Below are positions 27,981 to 38,233 of a DNA stretch of 58,995 nt, one piece after another. Source of the stretch: an uncultured Methanosarcinales archaeon (GTDB taxonomy: Archaea; Nanobdellota; Nanobdellia; Woesearchaeales; GW2011-AR4); NCBI GenBank assembly GCA_964436645.1, contig CAYTDO010000009.1:1-58995 (forward strand), given 5' to 3'. The notes below the pieces were generated by a model. It did no database searches. It was not told the origin of the DNA and was given only the letters and a program-made list of their open reading frames with translations. The translations under genes were made by a program, and so were the position numbers. Every line of letters begins with the position of its first letter. The first letter of the stretch is position 1.

Positions 27981-28943
27981 CTAAAACTGTGTCTTGAACT
28001 TATCAACCAGCCCTTTCTTTAATTTATCCCCTATAAATTTTCCCTTGAAGTAATCGATCCTTATTGCAATGCTTAATTTATCGGCCAAAGCCCTTGCAGC
28101 CTTTGCCTCGAATTTTCTTTCGCATTTCTGCACAAGCGGGTGCTCATGTATGATGCCGTATTTTGGCGGCAAATTCTTTTTTTTATTCCTCATGTGCCTG
28201 AATAGCGCTTTTTCTGCGCCAAGTATCTGTATTGTTGAAGCAGGCATTTGCGCCAATCTTTTCATATTTCCTGCATGCGCTATCAATTTAGCAGCAATTG
28301 TTACTCCCGCGACTTCAAGGAAATTAGGGCATTCCTCCTTTTCCAATCCTTCAAGATAAGTCTCACAATCATGCCTAAGGACAAACAAGGTGCTCACTTT
28401 CTGGGCTAATTCCATGATTGCAGAAACATCTTTTTCCGGCAGGTCTGCGCCAATAGCCTCTTTCTCGCTTACATTCAGCTCTTTCAGCAATTGGGATTTG
28501 TTCTTATTGTTTATCAGAGCAACAAATTTTTCATGGTTTTCATAAGCATATGATGCTTCCGGGTTGTAATAGGAATACCATTCCCTAAGCCTATTAACAA
28601 GCAGATTTATCGCTTTGTCTATATCATCTATGGAACTTGCAGTTTGGGCAATAAGAAGGTCTTTTTTTACTGATTCCTTTATGGAGCTCCGGGTTATCTT
28701 TATATTGCGTGCGTTAAAATCAGGAAAGTATTTCTTGTCCTTGAAAAATAGCAATATGCTTTGCAGAACATTCTCATCTGGAGATTTTATGCCAATATGC
28801 CTCTGCTTAAGTTTTTCTTCATGAGCGGATTTGTTGATGAATTGTTCCGCATCCTTGAAAAGAATGCTATCAATAGCCTTCCCATGCTCATCAAAAACAA
28901 AGGTGCCTATTACGTTCGAAAAAATAAATTTTGCCATGCGCAT
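27981..28943 (-). CDS. nop5: Nop5 (Nop56/58) C/D-box sRNP core protein, short form
   Basis: 320 aa with NOP domain motifs AGNMKRLAQMPASTIQILGAEKALFRH and YGIIHEHPLV. Confidence 0.85.
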   Translation of the reverse strand: MRMAKFIFSNVIGTFVFDEHGKAIDSILFKDAEQFINKSAHEEKLKQRHIGIKSPDENVLQSILLFFKDKKYFPDFNARNIKITRSSIKESVKKDLLIAQTASSIDDIDKAINLLVNRLREWYSYYNPEASYAYENHEKFVALINNKNKSQLLKELNVSEKEAIGADLPEKDVSAIMELAQKVSTLFVLRHDCETYLEGLEKEECPNFLEVAGVTIAAKLIAHAGNMKRLAQMPASTIQILGAEKALFRHMRNKKKNLPPKYGIIHEHPLVQKCERKFEAKAARALADKLSIAIRIDYFKGKFIGDKLKKGLVDKFKTQF

Positions 28944-29038
28944 AAAAATGGTTACCGGCTTTTAAACATTTAGGTTTTATTGCTTAAAAATCATAAATAG
29001 AAATGATTATATAATCAAATAGCAAAAAATATTCAAAA

Positions 29039-29341
29039 ATGACCCTAATATACATCACATGCCCGACTGAAGCAGAAGCGGTAAAGATATCCAAGCATTT
29101 GCTGAATAAAAGGCTCATTGCCTGCTCAAACATCCATAGGATAAGGAGCCTTTACTTCTGGAAAAAAAAGATGCAGGATGAGCAGGAATATGTAATAATG
29201 GCAAAAACCAAAGAAAAGAATTATGAAATAATAAAAGAAGAAGTCAAGAAGATGCACAGCTATGATGTTCCATGCATACTCAAGATAGATGCAGAAGCAA
29301 ACGAAGAATATTCAAAATGGGTCAATAAGGGATTAAAATAA
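29039..29341 (+). CDS. cutA: divalent-cation tolerance protein CutA
   Basis: 100 aa with LIACSNI...YFWKKKMQDEQEYVIMAKT and YDVPCIL. Confidence 0.8.
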   Translation: MTLIYITCPTEAEAVKISKHLLNKRLIACSNIHRIRSLYFWKKKMQDEQEYVIMAKTKEKNYEIIKEEVKKMHSYDVPCILKIDAEANEEYSKWVNKGLK

Positions 29342-29480
29342 ATAAGCAAAAATTCATCACAGCCACTAATACAAAAAAATGCAATCAATAATAAAAACCC
29401 AATAAAAAACACAAAGGAAAAAAATCATAATTAAAAATAAAAAAATAGAGCAATTTAAAAAACTAAAAAATTAACTAAAA

Positions 29481-29972
29481 ATGAATTCAAAATCTCAAAT
29501 AATAGGGGGCGTATTCATCTATCTCTTCTCAGCAATTGTGATTGGAGTAATCTTAATTTTTGGCTATAACTCTATAACAAAAACTAATGAAACAATGCAG
29601 CAGTCAAATATAGAATCGATAAAAAATGATATATCCTCGGACATAAAATTTATGAAATCAGATTACGGCTCATCAAAAAAAGTTTCTTATGCAATTCCGC
29701 AAAACGCAGAACTATGCTTGTTTGATTTGGAAAAAAAAGATGAAATCTTAGCCGATGAAAGGCTGGGCCAATACCCTTTAATTAAGGACAGCTTGGAAAG
29801 CAATTCAAAAAAAAATGTTTTTTTAACAAGCCCATCAATTTTTGAGCCACTTTACGCTGGAGATATAGACATAAACGAGCCTTATTTTTACTGCTTTAAG
29901 CCGATTGCCGGAAAAGTAAGCTTTGTGATTGAGGGCAAGGGCAACAGGACTTTGGTTCTCTCTGAAAATTAA
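29481..29972 (+). CDS. hypothetical N-terminally anchored protein (shares C-terminal motif with 48043-49517 genes)
   Basis: 163 aa with one N-terminal TM helix. The C-terminus reads YCFKPIAGKVSFVIEGKG. Confidence 0.5.
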   Translation: MNSKSQIIGGVFIYLFSAIVIGVILIFGYNSITKTNETMQQSNIESIKNDISSDIKFMKSDYGSSKKVSYAIPQNAELCLFDLEKKDEILADERLGQYPLIKDSLESNSKKNVFLTSPSIFEPLYAGDIDINEPYFYCFKPIAGKVSFVIEGKGNRTLVLSEN

Positions 29973-30022
29973 GTGTAAATTTGAGATAAAATATATAAAC
30001 CACCGTATTAATAGAATAGCTA

Positions 30023-31690
30023 ATGCTGAAAATCAAAAAAGAGGTAAGGGACATAAACAGGTTTAGGGTGATTCTTACAATTTTATTTGAGGAAGGCTTT
30101 GATTTCTTGATCAATAAGCTGCAGCTTGGGCATAATGTTTCCGTGGCAAAAAGAGTGAAAGCCGGAGCAAAGGAAAAAACCCCCATCTCCATAGAGAAAA
30201 GGCTAAGGCTTACCCTGGAAAGGCTTGGCCCGACATTCATCAAGCTTGGCCAGGTTCTTAGCGTAAGGCCTGACCTGCTGCCGAAAACCTACATACAGGA
30301 GCTTGAAAACCTGCAGGATAGCGTCCCGCCATTCTCTTACGAGCTTGCAAGAGAGCAAATAAAAAAATCCTTCGGAAAAGAAATCGAGGCTGTATTTTCA
30401 TCATTCGAAAAAAAGCCCATAGCCTCTGCATCAATTTCCCAGGTTCATAAAGCTACTTTAAAAAATGGCAAAAAAGTTGCTGTAAAAATACAAAGGCCGA
30501 ATGTAAGGGAGATAATGGCCACAGACATAGAAATAATGCTCTACATTGCAGGATTGCTGGAAAAAAGAGTCCCTAAAATTAAAAAATTCTCTCCCATTAA
30601 GATGATTGAGGAATTCTCAATATGGACTGAAAAGGAGCTGGATTTCAAAAAAGAAGCAGCAAATGCGAAAAAATTCGGAAGGAATTTTGCAGGCAGCTCC
30701 ACAGTCAAAATACCCAGGATATACGATGATTTTACGACAAGCGAAATCCTGGTTATGGAATATATTGAGGGCATGGAGCTGCACAATATAAAAGAGATAA
30801 AAAAACATAAGATAGACCTCAAGCCAATCATCAAGCATGGATTTGAATCTATTTTGACCCAGGTTTTTATGCATGGCTTCTTTCATGCAGACCCCCACCC
30901 AGGAAATATAATTGTGACAAAGGACAAGAAGATAGCATTTGTAGATTTTGGCATTGTAGGCCATTTTGATGAAGCTCTTAAGTCAAAATCTATAGATCTT
31001 TTTTACGGCATAATAAGCAATGACCCTGAAACTGCAGTAGATGCGCTGATAGACATAAGCAATGCCTCTGTCGACAACAAGGAAGAATTGAAATATGAAG
31101 TAACAGACATTTTAGGGCCATTGCAGGGCAATAATCTGGGCAATGTCAAGGTAAGCAAGGTGCTGGAAGAGCTTTTGGACGTGTCCCTCAATCACGGCAT
31201 AAAAATCCCAATGCCTTTTGTTCTTTTTGGGAAGACCATAATCACTTTGGAAGGCATTGCCCTGCAGTTTGATCCTAAATTTAGCATAGTCGATGCTTCG
31301 AAGCCGTTTATTGAAAAAATGATAAGGCAGAGGTACAACCCAATCAACCAGGCAAAAAGCCTGATAAAAACCATGTTGAAATTCAGAAAATTTGCTGAAG
31401 AGCTTCCGGAGCAGGCATCAAGGGCACTGAAGAAAATAGAGCAGGGAACAATTAAAGTAGACATAGAAGACACAGACATAAAAAAGCTCTCAGTTGAGAT
31501 TGATAAATCAAGCAACAGGATTGCTTACAGCTTATTGGTAGCAGCTTTGCTTATAGTTGGCGCAATGACTGCAAATTTTGGAAAGCCTTTTGCATTCAAT
31601 CTCCCAATCATTCCATTTATCAGCTTTTCCGCGTCCTTAATATTTTTTTTAATATTATTGAAATCTATATTCAATGAAAAATATATGTAA
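30023..31690 (+). CDS. ubiB: ABC1/UbiB family atypical kinase
   Basis: 555 aa with LGPTFIKLGQVLSVRPDLLP, ASISQVHKA, FFHADPHPGNI and two C-terminal TM helices. Confidence 0.85.
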   Translation: MLKIKKEVRDINRFRVILTILFEEGFDFLINKLQLGHNVSVAKRVKAGAKEKTPISIEKRLRLTLERLGPTFIKLGQVLSVRPDLLPKTYIQELENLQDSVPPFSYELAREQIKKSFGKEIEAVFSSFEKKPIASASISQVHKATLKNGKKVAVKIQRPNVREIMATDIEIMLYIAGLLEKRVPKIKKFSPIKMIEEFSIWTEKELDFKKEAANAKKFGRNFAGSSTVKIPRIYDDFTTSEILVMEYIEGMELHNIKEIKKHKIDLKPIIKHGFESILTQVFMHGFFHADPHPGNIIVTKDKKIAFVDFGIVGHFDEALKSKSIDLFYGIISNDPETAVDALIDISNASVDNKEELKYEVTDILGPLQGNNLGNVKVSKVLEELLDVSLNHGIKIPMPFVLFGKTIITLEGIALQFDPKFSIVDASKPFIEKMIRQRYNPINQAKSLIKTMLKFRKFAEELPEQASRALKKIEQGTIKVDIEDTDIKKLSVEIDKSSNRIAYSLLVAALLIVGAMTANFGKPFAFNLPIIPFISFSASLIFFLILLKSIFNEKYM

Positions 31691-31704
31691 TATGAGGTGA
31701 AAAA

Positions 31705-32046
31705 ATGAAAGATTTAGTGAAAAAAAGTTTTTTGCTTGGCCTTGGGGCAGCAAGCATGACAAAGGCTCAGGCAGATAAAATCATCAAGGAGCTAATTAAG
31801 AGAAATAAAGTAACTATAAAGGAAGGTAGGCAGTTTCTTGGCAAGATAGGCAAGGTTGCCGACGAAGAGAAGAAAAGGATAGCCGGTTTTGCTGCTCAGG
31901 AAATCCAGAGAATTGCAAAAACTGTTGGCTCCATTCCAAAAACACGGATAAATTCCGCAAGAAAATCCCTGAAGAGGATTGACAAGGAATTGAGCAAGCG
32001 CGGAAAAAAAGTCCTTAATTCAGCATTGAAGCAGCTTTCGAAGTAG
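31705..32046 (+). CDS. phasin-like small helical protein (COG3937-like)
   Basis: 113 aa with N-terminus KKSFLLGLGAASMTKAQADKIIKELIKR. A GAGGTGA SD-like motif lies upstream. Confidence 0.35.
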   Translation: MKDLVKKSFLLGLGAASMTKAQADKIIKELIKRNKVTIKEGRQFLGKIGKVADEEKKRIAGFAAQEIQRIAKTVGSIPKTRINSARKSLKRIDKELSKRGKKVLNSALKQLSK

Positions 32047-32093
32047 TTTTTGAGAATATTGGGATTTTATTTATTTTTTTATTAATTTAAAAC

Positions 32094-32984
32094 CTACTTC
32101 TTGACTTTGAGTCCTGAACCTTCTTCCAACAATTTAACCAGGCTGCAGAAATCCTCTCCATCTAATTCCTTTTCATGCCCTTTCTGGAATATTTTAAATA
32201 TCTCTTTTGATAATGGCAAATCAAGACCAAGCTCCTTTATCTCCTTTTCAGCAATCTTTATGTCTTTATGCATCAGTTTGTAAAGGAAATGCGCTGGCTT
32301 GAAGTTTCTCTCCATTATATAAGGCATCTTGAAGGATGCAACTCCATTTTTTGCTCCCGAATTATCAAGAACTTCCATTATTGGCCCAATTGAAACTCCA
32401 CTCTTCATTGCAAATACCAATGCCTCGAGATAGCTTTCCAAAATCAGGCTCATTGCAAGATTTAGCGCATGCTTTACTTTTTGTCCAGCGCCGCTTTCTC
32501 CGCAATAGATAGCTTTCTTTCCAATAGCAGTCCATATCGGCATGCATTTTTCAAAGATTTCCTTTTTGCCTCCAATCATCAAGACAAGCTGCCCCGTTTC
32601 TGCTCCAATCTTGCTGCCTGTAAGCGGCGCATCCAAAAACCCGGCTTTTTTTGCTTTGGCTTCTCTATGGATATGATTGGTAAGCTCAACCGAAGTTGTG
32701 CTAGAGTCAATCAAGATATTTTTTGAATTCAATGTTTTAAACACCCCATTATCAGAAAACAAAACCTCTTTTAACGCTTCATCATTAGAAACACAGGTAA
32801 AAATAACATCGCATTTTAGGGGCAGTTCCTTGGGCTTGCTTGTTATAGTTAAATTCTTGTGCTTTATACTTTTAATCTTACCTTTCGTCCTATTATAAGC
32901 ATAGACATTAAACCCATTCTTGAGCAAATTATCTACCATTCCCTTGCCCATTGTTCCAATACCTATAAATCCAACATTTTTCAT
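32094..32984 (-). CDS. NAD(P)-dependent oxidoreductase, 3-hydroxyisobutyrate/6-phosphogluconate dehydrogenase-like family
   Basis: 296 aa with Rossmann N-terminus VGFIGIGTMGKGMVDNL and DAPLTGS. Confidence 0.75.
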   Translation of the reverse strand: MKNVGFIGIGTMGKGMVDNLLKNGFNVYAYNRTKGKIKSIKHKNLTITSKPKELPLKCDVIFTCVSNDEALKEVLFSDNGVFKTLNSKNILIDSSTTSVELTNHIHREAKAKKAGFLDAPLTGSKIGAETGQLVLMIGGKKEIFEKCMPIWTAIGKKAIYCGESGAGQKVKHALNLAMSLILESYLEALVFAMKSGVSIGPIMEVLDNSGAKNGVASFKMPYIMERNFKPAHFLYKLMHKDIKIAEKEIKELGLDLPLSKEIFKIFQKGHEKELDGEDFCSLVKLLEEGSGLKVKK

Positions 32985-33004
32985 TTTTAATGCAAGAAAA
33001 TAAT

Positions 33005-33682
33005 CTATTCTATCAGCGTGCCCTTAAACTCTTTCCCATTCAAAACCTTTTCAAAATTCCCAAAATCTTTCCCAATGATGACAACCTTTAATCTTGATTT
33101 CTCAGCCTCTTTAGCAGCAATCGGATCGAAAGGAACGTTCATTCCAGCTTCCCATCTATCTCCGGATATTTTCCTATAATCTCTCCAGGAAATTTTCTCA
33201 ATTTTTTTTGCATCCTTGCATTTTTTCGGATCTTTATCATATAAAAAATCAACATTGCTCATGTTAATGACCATATCAGAGCCTAAATTCTTGGCTAGCA
33301 GTATCGCATCATAATCCGTCGACCATCCCGGCTTCCATCCAGCAGCAATGATTATTTTTTTATTGAAAGTTATTTTTTTAGTGGGATCTCTTACAACTTC
33401 ATTCTCCGCATCATTCCCGAACAAAGCTTTCACAAGCTCAGCATTCATTATTGTGGCATGTATCCCTATCCAATCCAAGGTTTCATTGTCAAATTTAAAA
33501 GTTTCAGAAGCAGCTTTTTGATATTCCCTTGCAAGCCTTCCCCCGCCGCAATATATAGCGAACTTGTACCCTTTTTTCACAAAACTATCAATTGTTTTTT
33601 TAAAATCCTTTAAGAAATTAATATCTATCTTATCAGGCACTATAACAGAGCCGCCCAGAGACATTATGATTGTTTTTTGCAT
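33005..33682 (-). CDS. pyrH: UMP kinase (archaeal type)
   Basis: 225 aa with IIMSLGGSVIVP, CGGGRLAREY and a GWKPGWSTD-type motif. Confidence 0.85.
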   Translation of the reverse strand: MQKTIIMSLGGSVIVPDKIDINFLKDFKKTIDSFVKKGYKFAIYCGGGRLAREYQKAASETFKFDNETLDWIGIHATIMNAELVKALFGNDAENEVVRDPTKKITFNKKIIIAAGWKPGWSTDYDAILLAKNLGSDMVINMSNVDFLYDKDPKKCKDAKKIEKISWRDYRKISGDRWEAGMNVPFDPIAAKEAEKSRLKVVIIGKDFGNFEKVLNGKEFKGTLIE

Positions 33683-33739
33683 TATACCAATAATTTAACT
33701 GTTTTTATATAAATATTTCTAATAGGAGAAATTTATTAT

Positions 33740-33838
33740 CGTGGCGCTGGGCGAATCTGGGGTTGCCCCCTGTAGGGTGATTCGTAGGGCATGCGAACAG
33801 TATGAGCATGACCGTCAGCCGCCGAAGTGGTGGCGTGC
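33740..33838. other. GC-rich structured island of unknown nature (candidate ncRNA or degraded repeat)
   Basis: About 99 bp, much more GC-rich than its flanks. Local hairpins are GGGG-TTG-CCCC and GCCGCC-GAAGT-GGTGGC. It has no ORF and no cloverleaf. Confidence 0.35.
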
Positions 33839-33873
33839 TAAGTATGACTATATTCAAAATCATTTACCTAACC

Positions 33874-34084
33874 GGCTTCCATGAAAATCTCCGCTGCGCT
33901 GCGGGTTAGCAGCTTCGAGCCCATTGCATCTGGGCTAAAAGCATCGGCCAGGTTCCGGTGAAATTGCGAGCGACGAGCTAAAAAGCCGCTCGTCGCATCT
34001 CACGGAGCGGCCCCTTGGCCTTTTTAGATGTGCTTAGCAAGGGGCTCGACCTAAAGGCTGCTAACCTGCATTTTCATGGAAGCC
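33874..34084 (-). mobile_element. MITE family A copy (inverted relative to the 47240 copy)
   Basis: 211 bp with perfect 15 bp TIR GGCTTCCATGAAAAT/ATTTTCATGGAAGCC. It is flanked by a perfect 9 bp direct repeat TACCTAACC (33865-33873 and 34085-34093). I count about five differences from the 47240 copy. Confidence 0.85.
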
Positions 34085-34169
34085 TACCTAACCGCTACCT
34101 TTAAATATCTCCTTTTAATTTCCTTAACAAATAATTAACAAATAAAATAATATGTGGGGTTGATTTAAT

Positions 34170-36251
34170 ATGCAGTTTGCTCTTTTTATTGTGGCTGTAG
34201 GTGTGTTATCACTTATCGTTGCAAAACTCATTGCTTCTCAGATAAAAAAAGCCGATTCTGGCAATGAAAAAATGAAAGAGATAGGAGATGCCATCCATGA
34301 AGGAGCTATGGCTTTCCTTAAAAGAGAATACAAGGCAATAGCAGTATTCGTAATAATTATGGCAGCAGTGATTTTCCTCTTTTTAGATCATCCGAAAACT
34401 AATGAAATAAACGAAGGCCCATGGACAGCATTGGCATTCATATTAGGATCATCAATATCAATTCTGGCTGGCTTTACAGGCATGAAAATAGCCACAAAGG
34501 CAAATGTAAAGACGGCAAATGCAGCCCAGAAAAGCCTCAGCCAAGCTTTTGATATAGCATTTAAGTCAGGTTCTGTATTGGGATTTGCCCTTGTAGGGTC
34601 TGCAGTTCTCGGAATAGCCTTATCTTATATTTTTTTAAAAAGCCTTGGCTTCCCAACAGAAACCATAATGGAAATCCTGACTGGATTTGCATTGGGAGGA
34701 AGCTCAATAGCATTATTCGCACGGGTTGGGGGGGGAATTTACACCAAAGCGGCAGATATTGGAGCTGACCTTGTAGGAAAGGTTGAAGCCGGCATTCCGG
34801 AAGACGATCCAAGAAACCCGGCAGTCATAGCTGACAATGTTGGCGATAATGTAGGGGATGTAGCTGGAATGGGCGCTGACCTTTTCGGAAGCGCGGCTGA
34901 AGCAACATGCGCTGCCATGCTTATAGGAGTTTTGGCATTTGCAAAAGCCGGAGAGTCTGCATTATTATATCCTTTAGCAATCTCCGCAATAGGAATTTTA
35001 GCAGCTTTGGCAACATTTAAATTCATTAAGATTAGCAATAAAGGAAGCGTAGAATTTGCATTAAAAAAAGGCCTTATCCTATCCTCAGTCATAGTGCTTG
35101 TCGCAATGTATTTCCTTACTGCAAAATGGCTTCCAAAGACATTCATTCTAAATAATGTAACTTACACATCTTTTGGAGTCTATATTGCGTTGGCTGTTGG
35201 CCTTATTTCCGGTCTTATTATCGGATTGGTAACGGAATATTTTACTTCCCATGCTTATAAGCCAGTTAGAAAGCTGGCAAACTCCTCATTGACCGGAGCA
35301 GCAACAAATATTATTAATGGAATTGCGCTTGGATATGAAAGCGCAGCAATACCTTTAATCCTGATAGCAATAACCTCTTTTGTCTCTTTTCAGTCTGCAG
35401 GCCTTTACGGAGTGGCAATCGCAGCCTTGGGGATGATATCCACTTTAGTTATCGCTTTGGCAATTGACGGCTACGGCCCTGTTGCAGACAACGCTGGCGG
35501 CATTGCAGAGATGGCAGGCCTTCCAAAAAGTGTACGGAAAAAGACAGATATTTTAGATGCGGCAGGAAACACAACTGCTGCAATTGGAAAAGGATTTGCA
35601 ATCGGAAGCGCAGCATTAACCGCGCTTGCCTTATTCAGCGCATTTATCGCAGCATCTGGAATCAGCTTAGTGAACTTATTGGACAACAAGGTAATTGCCG
35701 GCTTATTTGTGGGCGGCATGCTTCCATTCTTATTTTCAGCAATGACCATGAAAGCAGTTGGAAGGGCAGCAGAATCAATGATTGTTGAAGTAAGGTACCA
35801 ATTCAAAAACATTAAGGGCCTGATGGAAGGCAAGGCAAAACCAGATTATAGGAGATGCGTTGATATTTCGACAGCAGCAGCTCTTAAAGAAATGGTAGCT
35901 CCCGGCTTATTAGTTATTTTAACCCCAATATCAGTCGGATTATTGTTTGGGGTTGAAACACTTGCAGGCGTTCTTGCAGGAACTTTAGCATCTGGGGTCA
36001 TATTAGCAATATCAAAGGCAAATGCAGGGGGCGCCTGGGACAATGCGAAGAAATACATTGAATCCGGCAAGCATGGCGGCAAAGGAAGCGAACCTCACAA
36101 AGCAGCAGTTATAGGGGATATGGTAGGAGACCCGATGAAAGACACAGCAGGCCCAAGCTTAAACATATTATTAAAGCTGATGGCAATAACAAGCGTTGTT
36201 TTCGTTCCGCTATTTGTTAAGTATGGTGGATTATTGTTGAAGTTTCTTTGA
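34170..36251 (+). CDS. hppA: membrane-bound proton/sodium-translocating pyrophosphatase
   Basis: 693 aa, polytopic, with [29 protein letters not shown] and [15 protein letters not shown]. Confidence 0.9.
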   Translation: MQFALFIVAVGVLSLIVAKLIASQIKKADSGNEKMKEIGDAIHEGAMAFLKREYKAIAVFVIIMAAVIFLFLDHPKTNEINEGPWTALAFILGSSISILAGFTGMKIATKANVKTANAAQKSLSQAFDIAFKSGSVLGFALVGSAVLGIALSYIFLKSLGFPTETIMEILTGFALGGSSIALFARVGGGIYTKAADIGADLVGKVEAGIPEDDPRNPAVIADNVGDNVGDVAGMGADLFGSAAEATCAAMLIGVLAFAKAGESALLYPLAISAIGILAALATFKFIKISNKGSVEFALKKGLILSSVIVLVAMYFLTAKWLPKTFILNNVTYTSFGVYIALAVGLISGLIIGLVTEYFTSHAYKPVRKLANSSLTGAATNIINGIALGYESAAIPLILIAITSFVSFQSAGLYGVAIAALGMISTLVIALAIDGYGPVADNAGGIAEMAGLPKSVRKKTDILDAAGNTTAAIGKGFAIGSAALTALALFSAFIAASGISLVNLLDNKVIAGLFVGGMLPFLFSAMTMKAVGRAAESMIVEVRYQFKNIKGLMEGKAKPDYRRCVDISTAAALKEMVAPGLLVILTPISVGLLFGVETLAGVLAGTLASGVILAISKANAGGAWDNAKKYIESGKHGGKGSEPHKAAVIGDMVGDPMKDTAGPSLNILLKLMAITSVVFVPLFVKYGGLLLKFL

Positions 36252-36280
36252 TTTTATTTTTTCTTTTGATTTATTTTAAT

Positions 36281-37804
36281 TTATCTTTGATGCATCATTC
36301 TAATGGCGGGAATTCTTAAATACTCAAAATCAGGCCCATACACGCCTTCCAAAAGCGCAGTGCGACTCTTGATCAGAGAAAAAGCGACTGGAGATTCAAG
36401 AGCGATTTCATTTAATGTAGCGCCGCCACCGGTGGATCTATGGCCGACGTTTAGAATTGCGCCCGGATTTGAACCCCTTAATTCTGCTTCATATGCATTG
36501 GTTATAGACATGGTGCTGCCGCCGCCTATGGATTTTACTGCTTCCTCGTTTGAGTGAATTGCATCTATAATTGCCCTTGTTCCGGCAGCATATTCGTTAT
36601 CATCAACGCCCATTGGGCCGTTCCATACTATTGTTGTGGCTCCAGATATTATTTTATAGTATAGCTCTCTTGTTTTTATGCCAATATCCACTATATTATC
36701 TCCGTCAAGAAGCTCAGACATAGGAACAGAATCAATTGCTGCCCCGCGCCTTAATACCTTATAATCCACAGGAATTATAATCCTTCTATTTCCATTTGCG
36801 ATAGGTTTTCCCACCGCCATATCCCTGTATTGATGGTTGTTATAGTACCATAACAGCCCACTTGCCGTAGAGATTTCGCTTTCTTTGGGCTTATGGCCTC
36901 CAAGATTTATTCCCCTTAGGCCCCTATATTCTTTTCTTAGTTCCGGCGGCAAGACTTCAAGATTACTATCCGTAAGCATCTTAATCTGAGTATGGACAAA
37001 TGCGTGCATCAAGTGGCCGCCCACCAAGATATAATCCACCAGATGTTCTCCTACCCTCAAATTCAATGAAAAGTTCGGGATATTGGACCTATGAGTCGTT
37101 GTTTCCGCTCTTAGCAATCCGCGCATTATGTCAAGGCTCTCCTGGACTTTGTCTCCCCCTACAACCACAACATAACTGCTGCTAGGCCTTTTTATTGCGC
37201 GGTGCCCTTCTATCTCTTCAACAAAAAGGTCGCCTGCGAATCCCGGAACAAATTGGTGTATATGGTTAGAGGTTGCTTCTATCCTATGCGCGGCGCCAAA
37301 TCCGTTTTGAAAAGAAACATCAACTACATCGGCTAAAGTCCTGGCAAGCCCCCTCCCGTTTTCCTGCTCGTCCCTATGCAATCTGATATTGTCAAGCATT
37401 GAAACTTTTCCATCATAGGCTAAATTTTTTATATGCTCGCGATTTAACTGGTCTGGAAAATAATTGCCAGTTGCAGGATTAATTCTTATTATAACGACTT
37501 CCCTGCCTATGGCAGCAGACAACGGCTCCACTATAACATCCAAAGAATCTATAGGGTTATACCAATCAGGGTTAGCAGGATCAAAGCTTTTAGGCCTTCC
37601 AAGATGCGTTGCTATCACCGGAATAACCCCCGCTTCAATGGCCTTTCTTATAAAAGGAGCGGCTTGAGTTATTCTAAAACGGTCTTCAATTGTTTTCCCG
37701 TCTTTTGAAACTGTTACATTAAAATCTGATTTTAACAAAGCTATCCTTCCGCTTAAATGCGGAAGAAAATCTCTTGCGCTTAAGTATTCCAATGTGGGTG
37801 CCAT
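36281..37804 (-). CDS. pgk: phosphoglycerate kinase, unusually long and divergent
   Basis: 507 aa. All PGK motifs are present in order (KSDFNV, THLGRPK, LDNIRLHRDE, FGAAHR, VGGDKV, WNGPMGV, GGGST, STGGGATL), separated by extra segments. Confidence 0.75.
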   Translation of the reverse strand: MAPTLEYLSARDFLPHLSGRIALLKSDFNVTVSKDGKTIEDRFRITQAAPFIRKAIEAGVIPVIATHLGRPKSFDPANPDWYNPIDSLDVIVEPLSAAIGREVVIIRINPATGNYFPDQLNREHIKNLAYDGKVSMLDNIRLHRDEQENGRGLARTLADVVDVSFQNGFGAAHRIEATSNHIHQFVPGFAGDLFVEEIEGHRAIKRPSSSYVVVVGGDKVQESLDIMRGLLRAETTTHRSNIPNFSLNLRVGEHLVDYILVGGHLMHAFVHTQIKMLTDSNLEVLPPELRKEYRGLRGINLGGHKPKESEISTASGLLWYYNNHQYRDMAVGKPIANGNRRIIIPVDYKVLRRGAAIDSVPMSELLDGDNIVDIGIKTRELYYKIISGATTIVWNGPMGVDDNEYAAGTRAIIDAIHSNEEAVKSIGGGSTMSITNAYEAELRGSNPGAILNVGHRSTGGGATLNEIALESPVAFSLIKSRTALLEGVYGPDFEYLRIPAIRMMHQR

Positions 37805-37882
37805 TCTTCTGAAAACTTATATATTATATATAAATCTTGCTTTTTAAATTCAGCGAAGTTATCCAAGAAAAAGGATGACAAA

Positions 37883-38233
37883 TCAGCTCCCAATCCCGAT
37901 AAAGCTGACTCCAATTATAATAAAAGCTATACCCAGCCATTTAACTAAATTCATTTTTTCCCCTAAAAACTTTACTGATAGCAGCGAAACCCAGACATAA
38001 GTTAAAGCAACAAAAGGATACAAAATAGACAAATCACCGCCTTTCAAGGCTGGAATAAATAATATTGTGCCGATGGCATACAAACCAACGCCCCCGATAA
38101 GAGGATAATTCTTAATCAAAGAACTAATGCTGGAAAGCTTTCCGGAAGAGCCTTTCTTTAAAAGTATTGGCCCAAAAGCCCCCACTAAGCTAGCCAATAA
38201 AACCAGTCCAATCGCCCATATTTCCGCTGGCAT
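37883..38233 (-). CDS. small 4-TM EamA/SMR-like transporter subunit
   Basis: 116 aa with four TM helices. It directly abuts a paralogous 128 aa gene. Confidence 0.5.
   Translation of the reverse strand: MPAEIWAIGLVLLASLVGAFGPILLKKGSSGKLSSISSLIKNYPLIGGVGLYAIGTILFIPALKGGDLSILYPFVALTYVWVSLLSVKFLGEKMNLVKWLGIAFIIIGVSFIGIGS

Noticed and set aside
33740-33838. The GC-rich island as a tRNA, 5S rRNA or SRP RNA.
   Set aside because: On either strand I could not build an acceptor/T-arm cloverleaf, find a GTTC-type T-loop, or find the conserved 5S or SRP helix-8 motifs. It is left as unassigned.
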